Counted from the first letter of the stretch, positions 33,377 to 42,799 are shown. The stretch is DNA of 64,000 bases from a virus (IMGVR_UViG_3300045051_000172:55479-119478); one strand, 5' to 3'. Translations and numbers: made by a program. Notes: generated by a model not told the origin, from the letters alone.

Positions 33377-34288
33377 ATGGCAGATCAAGTTCAAAATACA
33401 GAAGAACTCAAAAAATCAATGGATCAATTGATCGAAGAGTTTTTTGCGGAAGAAGAGGCCACTGCCTCCGAAGAAGTTAAAAAATCTGAGCCCAAGGCTG
33501 AGGAAAAGAAGGAAGAGGGTACGGCCACTTTAGAAAAAGCATCTGATGCTATTTCTCAAATCATCGGCGAACCCAAACAAGCTAAGGAAGAAAGTGACCC
33601 GAACAAAACTCCGGCCACTTTAGCTGACTCTTCAGATAACAACATCAAAGAGAAATCTGAAGATGATGAAAAGAACGGCAAAAAACGCGGTCGTCCAAAT
33701 GACCTTTCTCAAATGTCAATGCGAGATATGTCTACTGGCGAAAGCAAGGGCTCTTATGATGCTTCTATCGCAGAAGCGGCTGTTTCTCCTGCCAAAGCAG
33801 AAGACAGCCAAGTTTCTCCTCCTGAGCACATGAAAAAAGCTGAGACTGTTGAAATCTCCAAAGAAGAATACGAAGCTCTTAAGAAATCTGCTGAAGAAAA
33901 TAAAAAGGCAGAAGAACTTAAGAAAGCTGAAGTAGTCAAAGCTGACACTGAGCGACTTGTTAAGTCTGCCGTTGAAAGCGCTACTGCTGAAATTCGAAAA
34001 GAAAAAGACGAAATCGCCAAGAAACTTGAAGAAACTACTATTCTTGTCAAATCGTTCTTGAAACAACCGAAACCTCGTAAATCGATCTCTTCTGTGGCCG
34101 CTCTCGAAAAAGGCGGATACGAAGGCGAACAAGCCAAAGTGTTCAGCAAGTCAGAAATGCTTGATGCCGCTGAAGAACTTGTTAAGTCGAAAGAACTTAC
34201 GATGGAAGACGTTATTGAACTCGAAAACACGGGCACGATTCACGATAAGTCGAAGCGCGCTGCTGTTGAACGAAAACTTCGTTCTTAA
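33377..34288 (+). CDS. Scaffold-like protein
   Basis: Highly charged E/K-rich coiled coil between the protease and major capsid genes. Confidence 0.7.
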   Translation: MADQVQNTEELKKSMDQLIEEFFAEEEATASEEVKKSEPKAEEKKEEGTATLEKASDAISQIIGEPKQAKEESDPNKTPATLADSSDNNIKEKSEDDEKNGKKRGRPNDLSQMSMRDMSTGESKGSYDASIAEAAVSPAKAEDSQVSPPEHMKKAETVEISKEEYEALKKSAEENKKAEELKKAEVVKADTERLVKSAVESATAEIRKEKDEIAKKLEETTILVKSFLKQPKPRKSISSVAALEKGGYEGEQAKVFSKSEMLDAAEELVKSKELTMEDVIELENTGTIHDKSKRAAVERKLRS

Positions 34289-34313
34289 TTTCTAAAAGTT
34301 CAATTTAAGTTTG

Positions 34314-34400
34314 TGCTACGATAGGTTATCCAATACCCTGGACTCAACCTCAACCGAGTCCTACAGCCAGTTTACCGGCTAAAGTCCCACAAAGGACACA
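34314..34400 (+). promoter_or_regulatory. Extended -10 promoter (TGc-TACGAT) and three-hairpin leader of the capsid gene
   Basis: Stems GGACTC/GAGTCC, AGCC/GGCT and GTCC/GGAC in tandem before the AAGGAG SD. Confidence 0.5.
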
Positions 34401-34422
34401 TTCCACTAAGGAGTATTTTAAA

Positions 34423-35856
34423 ATGGATAGTCTTAATCAACTACCCCAAGATCTTACTGGCTTTGGTGCTGCTAATGCTCAAGAAATCGAACAACTTCAA
34501 AAAGCGTTGTCAATCGGTTCTGAATATGCTACGCAAACCCCTGGGACATTAACCCAAGGTGCTGCGCTTGCTGTTGAAGACCTTGACCGTACTTTGAAAC
34601 TCGTTACCCACAGCATGGAACACATCAAGCTTTGGAAAGATATTGGTAAAGAAAAAGTGAGCCAAACGGTTCATGAATTTAACGTGCAAAACAGCTATGG
34701 AAATGAAGTTCCCGTATTTTTTCAAATGGGCGGAACTCCATCTTCAACCGATGCTAAATATGCTCGCGATGTCGCGATTGTAAAGTATCTTGGAACCCAA
34801 GGACAAGTTCAACACAACTTGACCCTTATCCAAGCCGCTCACGGTCCCGTTATCGCTCGCGAAGTCAAGAACAAGACGATTGAACTCTTGTCGCGTAATG
34901 AACGCGCCATGTTCAGCGCTGATTCTTCGATCAACTCGCTTGAGTATGATGGTATCGAAGCTCAAATCGCTTCAAAAGAAGGTCAAGCTAAGTACAAATC
35001 GACTGCTTTCGCAGGATATGATGGTCTCGGCGTTGACGATTCCGTATTTATCGACATGCGAAGCCGTGACGATATCTTGGATGAAGACTCTTGTGAAGAA
35101 GCCTGCTTGAGAGCAGTGAATAACTTTGGTATGCCAATGGATATGTACTTGGCCACCGACGTTCACTCTGATTTCAGCCGCGCTTTCTACGCAAAGCAAG
35201 TTACTCGTCCTGGAGATCGATCTGCTGCTGGTTACTTGGTTCCTGAATTCGTTGGAACTTTGAATTTCCGATTCAAAGCTAACTTGTTCAACCGAGCCCG
35301 CAAATCGCCTCTCGCTTCTGCGGTTTCTGCTTCTGCAGCTCCCACTCTCGCTTCGCCACTCAGCCCTGCTGACGCGGCTTCCGAGTTTGCTTCTGACGAC
35401 GCTGGTACCTATGGCTACAAGATTTCTGCAGTATATTCGGATGGCGAAACCCTTCCGTCTTCTGAGTCTTCTTTGGCTGTTGCCGCTGGCGACAAAGTAA
35501 CGCTTGCAATCACCTACTCAGGCTCGCCTGTTTACTTGAATGCATTCCGTTCTGCGAAAGATGCTGCTGGTTCTAATTGGCAATTCATTGGTCGAATCGC
35601 ACCTGCTGGTTCGGGCAATGCTCATAACGTCGATTACAACAAAAAGCTTCCTGGACGCAGTTCAGCTTTCTTACTTATGCATGATCCGGATGCGCTTGTT
35701 TTCAAGCAACTCGGCTCTATGATTAAGTATGACTTGGCTGTTACTGACACTTCGTACAAATGGTTACAACTGTTGTACGGAATGGTCGTTATCCAAGCTC
35801 CTCGTAAACACATTATTCTTGAGAATATTGCGTTGTCGAGAGATGTTTCGGCTTAA
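34423..35856 (+). CDS. Major capsid protein (SPO1/K/A511-like)
   Basis: KALSIG..GAALAVEDLDRTLKLVT..LWKDI..TVHEF pattern resembling Herelleviridae capsids; position; strong terminator after. Confidence 0.88.
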   Translation: MDSLNQLPQDLTGFGAANAQEIEQLQKALSIGSEYATQTPGTLTQGAALAVEDLDRTLKLVTHSMEHIKLWKDIGKEKVSQTVHEFNVQNSYGNEVPVFFQMGGTPSSTDAKYARDVAIVKYLGTQGQVQHNLTLIQAAHGPVIAREVKNKTIELLSRNERAMFSADSSINSLEYDGIEAQIASKEGQAKYKSTAFAGYDGLGVDDSVFIDMRSRDDILDEDSCEEACLRAVNNFGMPMDMYLATDVHSDFSRAFYAKQVTRPGDRSAAGYLVPEFVGTLNFRFKANLFNRARKSPLASAVSASAAPTLASPLSPADAASEFASDDAGTYGYKISAVYSDGETLPSSESSLAVAAGDKVTLAITYSGSPVYLNAFRSAKDAAGSNWQFIGRIAPAGSGNAHNVDYNKKLPGRSSAFLLMHDPDALVFKQLGSMIKYDLAVTDTSYKWLQLLYGMVVIQAPRKHIILENIALSRDVSA

Positions 35857-35886
35857 TTCTAAACCTCAGTAAGTCCTGAGTAAGAG

Positions 35887-35924
35887 AGGCTCCTAGGTGA
35901 AAACTTAGGGGCCTTTTCTTTTTT
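35887..35924 (+). terminator. Intrinsic terminator after the capsid gene
   Basis: AGGCTCCTAG-loop-TTAGGGGCCT followed by a T tract. Confidence 0.85.
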
Positions 35925-35977
35925 GTGCGAAAGAAAATAAATCCAATGATATACTGTAGTTAGAAAGAGGTGTTTAT

Positions 35978-36319
35978 ATGGGGATTTCACAATTTTTAAT
36001 CAATTTAGCGAATCAAGCCGACCCTAGAGATAAGGTTTCGGGCGAAATTCTTCTTATTTCGGAAATGATGAAGATTATGGCGGGAGATCAGTCTCTTGCT
36101 TTGGATCATTTCATTTCCAAAGCTCAAGCGGAAAGCGACGATGAAACTTATAATTTCTTGTCGAATATCAAATCTGCTTGCGAAGAATTAAGCGAGAAGC
36201 AAGATGGAGCCTTTGTTCCTGGAACTCCAGCGAACTGGGCAGTTGCTCCTACTAGCGTTCAAGAAGCTATCGATATGTTGGCTGAGAAAGTATCCGACGG
36301 CGGAGTTGATCCTGTCTAA
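35978..36319 (+). CDS. Probable virion protein
   Basis: 113 aa; C-terminal PANWAVAPTSVQEAIDMLA motif; TGa-TATACT promoter at 35947. Confidence 0.6.
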   Translation: MGISQFLINLANQADPRDKVSGEILLISEMMKIMAGDQSLALDHFISKAQAESDDETYNFLSNIKSACEELSEKQDGAFVPGTPANWAVAPTSVQEAIDMLAEKVSDGGVDPV

Positions 36320-36891
36320 GGTTCAGTTCTAGGTTCTTCTTGAAGATACCCATCAAGTTCGGTTTTAGTTCCGAACATCTTCAGGATTTCTAAAGCTTTT
36401 AACATGGTGAGACCGTCTAGGTAGGAAGTTCTTACGAGACGGTCTCTCACGTTATCAAAGTCATTATCATCATCTACACAGACAAACTTATCCCGAGGAA
36501 CATTGTTCTCTTGGGCCCATTTGAGGCAGAGATCTCCTCGTTGAAGTATATTTGGATTGCCCCAGCTCGTGCGACCTTCCATTTTGTCTCCTGTTAAAAC
36601 TTCAGTCATAGCGATCAATTTCTCTTGTGGAACTCCGTGTTTCTTAAGAATCCATTTGATTTGATCTAAGGTAAAGTGCTTCCTCCAACTGGAAGAAATT
36701 ACGATTCGAATTTCTTTATCTTCTGAGAGAATGAACTTCAGGGCTTCCACACAATAGGGGTTGATGCTCCTAGAAGCAGCCCTCTTCGCTCGATCCTTTG
36801 CCGTCGAATAAAGACTCGGAAAGGAATTCCTGTGAAGATCATGGGCAACATTATTTAAAACTCCATCAAAATCTAAGAATAGAATCTTCAT
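36316..36891 (-). CDS. HAD-superfamily hydrolase (HAD_SAK_2-like, RNA-repair associated)
   Basis: LFLDFDGVLN, IVISSSWR and VCVDDD motifs. Confidence 0.85.
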   Translation of the reverse strand: MKILFLDFDGVLNNVAHDLHRNSFPSLYSTAKDRAKRAASRSINPYCVEALKFILSEDKEIRIVISSSWRKHFTLDQIKWILKKHGVPQEKLIAMTEVLTGDKMEGRTSWGNPNILQRGDLCLKWAQENNVPRDKFVCVDDDNDFDNVRDRLVRTSYLDGLTMLKALEILKMFGTKTELDGYLQEEPRTEP

Positions 36892-37063
36892 TTTTCACCC
36901 TATCAGTCCAGGCATGTTTGCAAGTTAAGCAGTCATAATGTCGATAAGTTCGAATTAATACGGGCCGAATAATACTTTCAGCGCAGATTTCAGTATTGGG
37001 AGTTTTGGTTTCTGGCCAAACCATCGAAGAGGTCCATTGACTGTTACATTTAGGACAATTCAT
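36866..37063 (-). CDS. Small zinc-ribbon protein (NrdR-N/Ogr-like)
   Basis: MNCPKC...RHYDCLTC. Confidence 0.6.
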   Translation of the reverse strand: MNCPKCNSQWTSSMVWPETKTPNTEICAESIIRPVLIRTYRHYDCLTCKHAWTDRVKNEDSILRF

Positions 37064-37500
37064 TTTATTTCCTGATCTACTGGAACGAATATATCGAAGC
37101 CGGTGTCATCTTCTGGAGCTTCAACTGAATCCGGGAATACAATTCCGAATTTATATCTTTGGTATTCGAATCTGTTTCCAGTCCATATAGCCTCTTCGGC
37201 GTTCCGGCAATGACCATAATAAGTTCTTCCCACTACATAATCTGACTTGGGGATCATTCCAGCTTCATAGGCTTTTTTAAGACAACCCTCTTTATCGGCT
37301 TTCATGTCTCCTGGACGGAGGAAGGTGTGATAGATCTCGTGAGCTTTCAATCGAAAATCTTTCTTGTCCTGGCATTTTTTACTGCAGAAATGTTCTTCAA
37401 ATCCATCTCTGAATCGTTTGAGCCAGATAGTATTGTCTGCAGTGTAGAAATCTAAAAAGGCCCGACAAGTATCGCAGGTATATCCGTCATCTCTTTCCAT
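37060..37500 (-). CDS. Hypothetical protein with a Cys cluster
   Basis: TCDTC...FCSKKC; ATG at 37500 overlaps the phosphoesterase C-terminus. Confidence 0.6.
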   Translation of the reverse strand: MERDDGYTCDTCRAFLDFYTADNTIWLKRFRDGFEEHFCSKKCQDKKDFRLKAHEIYHTFLRPGDMKADKEGCLKKAYEAGMIPKSDYVVGRTYYGHCRNAEEAIWTGNRFEYQRYKFGIVFPDSVEAPEDDTGFDIFVPVDQEIK

Positions 37501-38044
37501 CGATAATCTCCATGATTTGATCGATTGAAACAGGATAGTAATCCCAAACGTCAACTCCAACATTAATCATGCGTCCGTTGACTTTCCAAGAACCATGAAC
37601 GTGTCCATGAATCAACCATTGACCTTGATCTTTAGGGCGGCGCTCGGCGTAGCGAACTTTATAGTTATTCCTCTCGGCATCCGCCTGTTCTCCAGAGAGG
37701 TAGGGATAGTGGCAGAGAATAGCCTTGTGACCGTTTGGAAGGGCATATTGGGCGCGGGTCACGATAGTCTCGAAGCAATCTCTCGGAATATTCTTCTCTT
37801 TATCGTGGTTACCTTGGATCAAAACTTTGGTTCCATTGAGATCCTGGAGCACTTTACGAGTGCTGGAGGATTGCATGAAGGAGAAGTCGCCGACGATCAT
37901 TACACGATCTCTAGGGGCAACCCGTTCGTTCCAGCGGCGTTTTAACTCACGGTGCATCTCTTCAAGGTCAGCAAAGGGCCTGTTCGATAACTGAAGAATG
38001 TTTTTGTGCCCGAAATGTTCGTCGGACGAGAACCAGTCAGCCAT
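37487..38044 (-). CDS. Calcineurin-like metallophosphoesterase
   Basis: SDEHFGH, VGDF, GNHD, CHYP, HGHVH and INVGVD motifs. Confidence 0.88.
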   Translation of the reverse strand: MADWFSSDEHFGHKNILQLSNRPFADLEEMHRELKRRWNERVAPRDRVMIVGDFSFMQSSSTRKVLQDLNGTKVLIQGNHDKEKNIPRDCFETIVTRAQYALPNGHKAILCHYPYLSGEQADAERNNYKVRYAERRPKDQGQWLIHGHVHGSWKVNGRMINVGVDVWDYYPVSIDQIMEIIDGKR

Positions 38045-38059
38045 AAGCCAGAATACTCC

Positions 38060-38230
38060 AATTTTATCTATTTTTCAATTGTTGCCCCTGAGGCAATTTA
38101 TGTCAAGTAAAATGCATGAAAAACTTGACTCTTTTACATGAAACGTGATTAAAATTTCATGCACTTAGTCTCATAAGTTATTGAAATCATTGACGGTTGA
38201 CTTTCTCTACCAATTTAGTATACTGACTTT
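38060..38230. promoter_or_regulatory. Divergent promoter region with operator-like repeats and an IHF-like site
   Basis: Leftward TTGACA-17-AACAAT; rightward TTGACT..TATACT; IR TGCATGAAA/TTTCATGCA; TAAGTTATTGAAA at 38174. Confidence 0.55.
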
Positions 38231-38242
38231 AGGAGGAAAGCT

Positions 38243-38431
38243 ATGAACACAAATATCAAATCAAATCACAGTCACCTGATTGGTCAAGCCGTGAAAGGTT
38301 TCCGCAAATCCAAGATTCTCTCGATCAACGAAGACCATGAAATCACTTTTGAGTATGAAGTGCTTCCTGGAGTTGTTAAGCAAGACACCCGAGATTTAGC
38401 TCAGGTTGAAGTGCTTACTATCGGAGGATAA
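38243..38431 (+). CDS. Hypothetical protein
   Basis: 62 aa ORF with AGGAGG SD. Confidence 0.7.
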   Translation: MNTNIKSNHSHLIGQAVKGFRKSKILSINEDHEITFEYEVLPGVVKQDTRDLAQVEVLTIGG

Positions 38432-38459
38432 CTTGAGCGAATTAGCCAGGAGACGTGAA

Positions 38460-38654
38460 ATGAAAAGTATGTATATCGGAAATGCTTATCCAGTTCCCCA
38501 CGAGTGCAAGACTTGCAAGTTCGAATGGAACGAAGGAATGTACTACGAACGAGATACAAACTACGAAGGTTACGTTCTCGAAGACGGCGGAACTTGCCCT
38601 AATTGCGGCGAAGAAGATGAAAAATTAGTTGGAAAAAAGGAGAATCTTAAATGA
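38460..38654 (+). CDS. Small zinc-finger protein
   Basis: CKTC...CPNCG; AGGAG SD. Confidence 0.6.
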   Translation: MKSMYIGNAYPVPHECKTCKFEWNEGMYYERDTNYEGYVLEDGGTCPNCGEEDEKLVGKKENLK

Positions 38655-38929
38655 AAACTACTTTATTGGCTCTCGTAATTTTAGCTTTAGGTGGAGCGGT
38701 TGGTTATCAACAACTTCAAATCAAAGCTTTGAAGGAAGATCACGTTTATCTCAAGGACGCGACTTTGAAAGTCATACAACGCATTGACGAGGAGTTCGTT
38801 CTTATGAATGATAATTACACTAGCCGCCAAAATCGATTGCAAGATTCTCTCGAAGAGCGAATCGGAACTTTGGAACGAGATTTAGAAGATCTTAAGTTTT
38901 TATTTGGTACGAAGAAAAAGAGAAAGTAA
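38651..38929 (+). CDS. Membrane-anchored coiled-coil protein
   Basis: N-terminal TM followed by a heptad pattern. Confidence 0.65.
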   Translation: MKTTLLALVILALGGAVGYQQLQIKALKEDHVYLKDATLKVIQRIDEEFVLMNDNYTSRQNRLQDSLEERIGTLERDLEDLKFLFGTKKKRK

Positions 38930-39030
38930 TGACTAACGAAGAATGGCTTCGAATTCTTCTGTTTACAATCGGATTCCTAGCCGGGGTTGCTTTCGAAAGG
39001 CTTCCAGATTTTGATAAGGACGAGGAATGA
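38929..39030 (+). CDS. Tiny membrane peptide (33 aa)
   Basis: MTNEEWLRILLFTIGFLAGVAFERLPDFDKDEE; overlaps both neighbours, filling the gap exactly. Confidence 0.5.
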   Translation: MTNEEWLRILLFTIGFLAGVAFERLPDFDKDEE

Positions 39031-39455
39031 AAGACAAGGACAAACGGTCAGACATTAGAATTCCCTTGCTATCCGAAACGGTAGCAATTTCTTCGGATTT
39101 CTATTTTGATCGCCTTGATGTGGCTGATATTTGTTCAGGAGGAATTTTCGTCAAGATAAAAGAACCTAACCAATTTTTGAAAGCCAAGACTAAAGTTAAG
39201 ATCATTTTCACGTTACCAGGGGATCTCGGAGACCTAGATCTGACTGGAGAAGTTTGTCGAGTTAATTGGATGTTGAGTAAGAAAAAGAACATTACAGTTT
39301 TGGGAATGGCTATTAAATTTGACCCAATGGATGCTGGTCGCAAGAAGATTATGGATGCTTACAGAATTTATTTGAGGAATAAACAAATAATTACCGTCTC
39401 CAAAAGAATCATTGAAGAATTTTTTGGAGATCAAGGACCTAAGAAACTCCTATGA
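39027..39455 (+). CDS. Stand-alone PilZ domain protein
   Basis: RSDIR (RxxxR), DICSGGIFV, GEVCRVNW and GMAIKF motifs. Confidence 0.85.
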   Translation: MKDKDKRSDIRIPLLSETVAISSDFYFDRLDVADICSGGIFVKIKEPNQFLKAKTKVKIIFTLPGDLGDLDLTGEVCRVNWMLSKKKNITVLGMAIKFDPMDAGRKKIMDAYRIYLRNKQIITVSKRIIEEFFGDQGPKKLL

Positions 39456-41239
39456 AACTAAGCGATGGAAAAACTACGAAGAATGGATCGACTTTCTATA
39501 AGGTCGCGGGACTTCCAGCTAAAGAGATCTTCCGACGCCACTTAGGTATTGGAAAATTGGCTGAGGTCGTTCGGGGGCATAGCACGGACAAAGAAGAGAC
39601 TTTCGCTGACTTCCCCAAATCAGTTGGAATTTTTGTTCACGAGAAAAAGATGGTCTTCATTGCGTATAAGATGCGCTTGAATGTCGGAGCCAATGCGAAA
39701 CCTAGAATTTTCGCCGATTCCAAACGATTTACAATCTCTTTTAAGAATGGAAAAGCTTTTATTTACAAGGTCCAAGTGGGACGAGAGCAAACTCCCGTTG
39801 CTAACTACACTTTTAAACCAGAGGCCTTGGTTGAGTTTCTTGCTCGGGAATTGAAGCATTACGATGTTAAAAAGATCAAGCATAAGATTTACAATCAGGT
39901 AGCCAACTTGATTTTCCGAGAAGCTAAGAAGCATGGAATTTTCAAAAAGCATCCTCCTAAAAAAGTGTTTAAACTTTCCAACGTGATGCTTGCGTTAGCC
40001 TATCCGGAACTCATTCCTTTCTGGATGGAAGGCTTTAATCTGAACAATATTCAGAACGATCAAGAAGTTATCAAGCTTTTCAGATCTCTTCCGGCTCCTT
40101 CCGTCACGAGAAAGTTCGTTGAGATCAAAGGAAAGAAGAAGGGACTCATTCGAGAGATCTTAGAGGGAACCAAACTTTACGGCAGTCACGATAAATATCT
40201 GACTACACTTCCCTTCTATGTGGCGAGATTTTTCCAAGGACTTTTGTCTGAGGACCACATTCAGAACGTGCTTAAGTTAACCCGCTCTACTCTTCAGGAG
40301 TCTCTTAAAGATCCCAAATTGGTTCTGACGACTACAGAGCCTTTCGAAAGAGGATGGACTAAAACGGAGCAAAAGCATTATGTCGAAGGCCTGATTTCTT
40401 TCGGCCAGGAATTGAAGACCCATAATTCTAAGATTGAGACTCAGGCTGCAGGTAAAAAGAAAGCCGTAATAGTTAAGATTCCAAACCCGGATACGGTTCG
40501 ACTCAAGGCTTTCTTGGCTAATTTCAAGCCGGAGACTATTCTTTCTCTTTGGGGCGAGATGTTAAATTTCTCGAAGCAAGGACCTCTGGGAAGCCCGCAA
40601 ATGTCCATGTTTGATCTCCGCGACGCTGCCCGACAATGGTTTGAGCGTAAGGAAGAAATCTCTTTAGATTTTGATTTCAGGGGCCTCAAAGAACTTCATG
40701 ACCATATTTCCAGATTGTATCGAAACCTTAAAGATAAGGATTTCCAAATCGAGGTTACGGAGCGTTGCGCCAGTGTTGAGAAGATCCCAGTATCGGAAAA
40801 ATTCCCCGCCGAGATCGTATTTCCCCGTTCTCGATACCAATTGAATGACTGGGGACATGATCTAAGTCATTGTATTGCCAGTTATTCTGAGCGCGCACGC
40901 CGCAAGGAACTCTTGTTGATCGGGGTTGTCAACGAAGGAAAATTGTTGTATACCTTAGAGGTAGACAAGAGTGGAAGGCTGGTTCAATTTAGGGGAAAAC
41001 ATAATGCATCCGCCCCCAAAGAACATCAAGAACCAGTTATGGAGTTTCTGTCTAAGAATGGAATTACCGGGGAAAGACGGGTACGAGTTTATCGTCCTGA
41101 TCCCGCCAGTCCAGGGTTTACTTTACTCGGACCAGGAGATTTTCCAACTACGACGGATTCTAAGTATGAAGAGTTTGCTCCCTGGGAAGTTCCCTTGGAG
41201 AAAAAAGAGGAAGAAGAAAAAGGAGTAGCACATGGCTAA
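39452..41239 (+). CDS. PcfJ-like domain protein
   Basis: C-terminal LNDWGHDLSHCIASY...YTLEV...VQFRGKHN. Confidence 0.75.
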   Translation: MKLSDGKTTKNGSTFYKVAGLPAKEIFRRHLGIGKLAEVVRGHSTDKEETFADFPKSVGIFVHEKKMVFIAYKMRLNVGANAKPRIFADSKRFTISFKNGKAFIYKVQVGREQTPVANYTFKPEALVEFLARELKHYDVKKIKHKIYNQVANLIFREAKKHGIFKKHPPKKVFKLSNVMLALAYPELIPFWMEGFNLNNIQNDQEVIKLFRSLPAPSVTRKFVEIKGKKKGLIREILEGTKLYGSHDKYLTTLPFYVARFFQGLLSEDHIQNVLKLTRSTLQESLKDPKLVLTTTEPFERGWTKTEQKHYVEGLISFGQELKTHNSKIETQAAGKKKAVIVKIPNPDTVRLKAFLANFKPETILSLWGEMLNFSKQGPLGSPQMSMFDLRDAARQWFERKEEISLDFDFRGLKELHDHISRLYRNLKDKDFQIEVTERCASVEKIPVSEKFPAEIVFPRSRYQLNDWGHDLSHCIASYSERARRKELLLIGVVNEGKLLYTLEVDKSGRLVQFRGKHNASAPKEHQEPVMEFLSKNGITGERRVRVYRPDPASPGFTLLGPGDFPTTTDSKYEEFAPWEVPLEKKEEEEKGVAHG

Positions 41240-41624
41240 GAAATCTAAGAAAAAGGTGAAATCGAAGGCACGGAAAGCTGCTCCTAAAAAAGCAGTCCAA
41301 CTTCCAGAGATTTCAAAAAATGAAATGTATGCCTATAAACTCAAACTGGGCAATGGTCAAGAAATCGAAGTTTATTCTTCGAAAGTCGGAACTCATGCTG
41401 CGATTGCAAGAGGTTCGAGAGCTGGGGCAGGAGATATCGCGGCCAATAAAGCAGAAGCCGAAAAACTGGTTGCGGGAATGAAGGCAATTGCCGCATTCAA
41501 GGATATGACTTTCGAAGTTGTTGAAGTTAACTCAGTTGAAATTATTAAACAAGACGGAAGCCGCGAAGAAGTTAAGCCCAGTCTTTGGAAACGAATTTTA
41601 GGATTATTCGGAAAGAAGAAGTAA
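41232..41624 (+). CDS. Hypothetical protein with a Lys-rich N-terminus
   Basis: 130 aa ORF, AGGAG SD. Confidence 0.65.
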   Translation: MAKKSKKKVKSKARKAAPKKAVQLPEISKNEMYAYKLKLGNGQEIEVYSSKVGTHAAIARGSRAGAGDIAANKAEAEKLVAGMKAIAAFKDMTFEVVEVNSVEIIKQDGSREEVKPSLWKRILGLFGKKK

Positions 41625-41945
41625 ATGAAGTTTCACCGTGATGAAGAATTAGCTTTTAACCTGCTCGACATTTTGGGGCGCTCAGACGAGTTCCACAAAG
41701 TAAGAGATCTGGTTGGCGAGCTGCAGACGACAGAATTATTCATATATTCCATCGTACTCAAGCTCAAGAAAGCTAAACTTGTGGAGACCTTACCCGGAGT
41801 ATCGGGAGGAATCAAGAGAGTCAACGGACCAGTCACGGCTTATTTGGTTATGAAAGCTCTTAATCGACTTCCTAAAAAGTTGTCAGGAAAGAGCGCAGAG
41901 CTTGCAACAAACATCGTCACCCTTCTTCAGAAGGAACAACTGTAA
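41625..41945 (+). CDS. Rrf2-like winged-helix regulator
   Basis: IVLKLKKAKLVETLPGVSGGIKRV resembles the Rrf2 LRKAGLVESVRGPGGGYRL motif. Confidence 0.7.
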   Translation: MKFHRDEELAFNLLDILGRSDEFHKVRDLVGELQTTELFIYSIVLKLKKAKLVETLPGVSGGIKRVNGPVTAYLVMKALNRLPKKLSGKSAELATNIVTLLQKEQL

Positions 41946-42005
41946 CGATGGAGGAAGGAATGGGTTCGGGCGTTTTCACGTCCGGACCCTACTTCAATTG
42001 GAGGT

Positions 42006-42542
42006 TTGATGTACGGTCACGGTAGCATGGGAAAATGGTGTCCAGTTTGCGGAAGATCCTGCGAAAAATACATTATGTTCCAACACGAATGGTACTGGAG
42101 ATGTCCATCCTGTAAAATCGATGCTGACAATCCCCCCAAAGCCCAATTGAAACCCCCAAAAGCTTATGTTAAGGCTCACGACGACGAGATGACTGATCCC
42201 GCTTTTCGAGGAATGTACAGCTCAGTAATTCTTGATTTTCAAGCCGACGATTGCATGATGAATAACATCATGATTACGAATGATCCTCACACTGGGAATC
42301 CTACGGCAGAGATTAAGATTGCAGCTCAGGGCCGAGTTAATGGAATTCCTAAAGTGGAAATTTTTACAGAAATTTTTAATGTATCTCCCGGCTGTCCTGG
42401 ATTTGAGAATGAGCTTTGGGAAGAATTGGCAGTTAGAGTTCTTCATTTGAATTTCGCCGCGAATGTCCATGACGTGAAAATTGAATATTTGAAATCTAGG
42501 CTAGGACATAACTATCCGAATAGCAAGATGAATATCTCATGA
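42006..42542 (+). CDS. Hypothetical protein with an N-terminal zinc finger
   Basis: CPVC...CPSC; GGAGG SD. Confidence 0.6.
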   Translation: MMYGHGSMGKWCPVCGRSCEKYIMFQHEWYWRCPSCKIDADNPPKAQLKPPKAYVKAHDDEMTDPAFRGMYSSVILDFQADDCMMNNIMITNDPHTGNPTAEIKIAAQGRVNGIPKVEIFTEIFNVSPGCPGFENELWEELAVRVLHLNFAANVHDVKIEYLKSRLGHNYPNSKMNIS

Positions 42543-42799
42543 CTGAAGTGGATGCCATTAAAAAGTCTTTGCTCCTGTCTGGTTTCGTAAATGGAGGCTT
42601 GCATTTCTTTTTTGAGCAAACCTATAATGCAGTTTATATTCCCACAGACCAAATGACTTCCTTCGAAAACGTAATCGAATATATGCAGACATTCGCCTTC
42701 CATCGTTACCCGACAGTTGAGGAGAGAAAAATTTACTACCGCACTGCCCGAAAGCTGGAGAAGTTTCGTGACAAATTCCGACAATCAAGCAGCATTTAG
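42539..42799 (+). CDS. Hypothetical protein
   Basis: 86 aa ORF coupled by ATGA. Confidence 0.55.
   Translation: MTEVDAIKKSLLLSGFVNGGLHFFFEQTYNAVYIPTDQMTSFENVIEYMQTFAFHRYPTVEERKIYYRTARKLEKFRDKFRQSSSI

Noticed and set aside
33716-34236. Long antisense ORFs over the scaffold gene (likewise over 55136..56530 and 46036..46926)
   Set aside because: Shadow frames caused by biased E/K-rich or repetitive codons; products are F/S/L-rich without starts or motifs.
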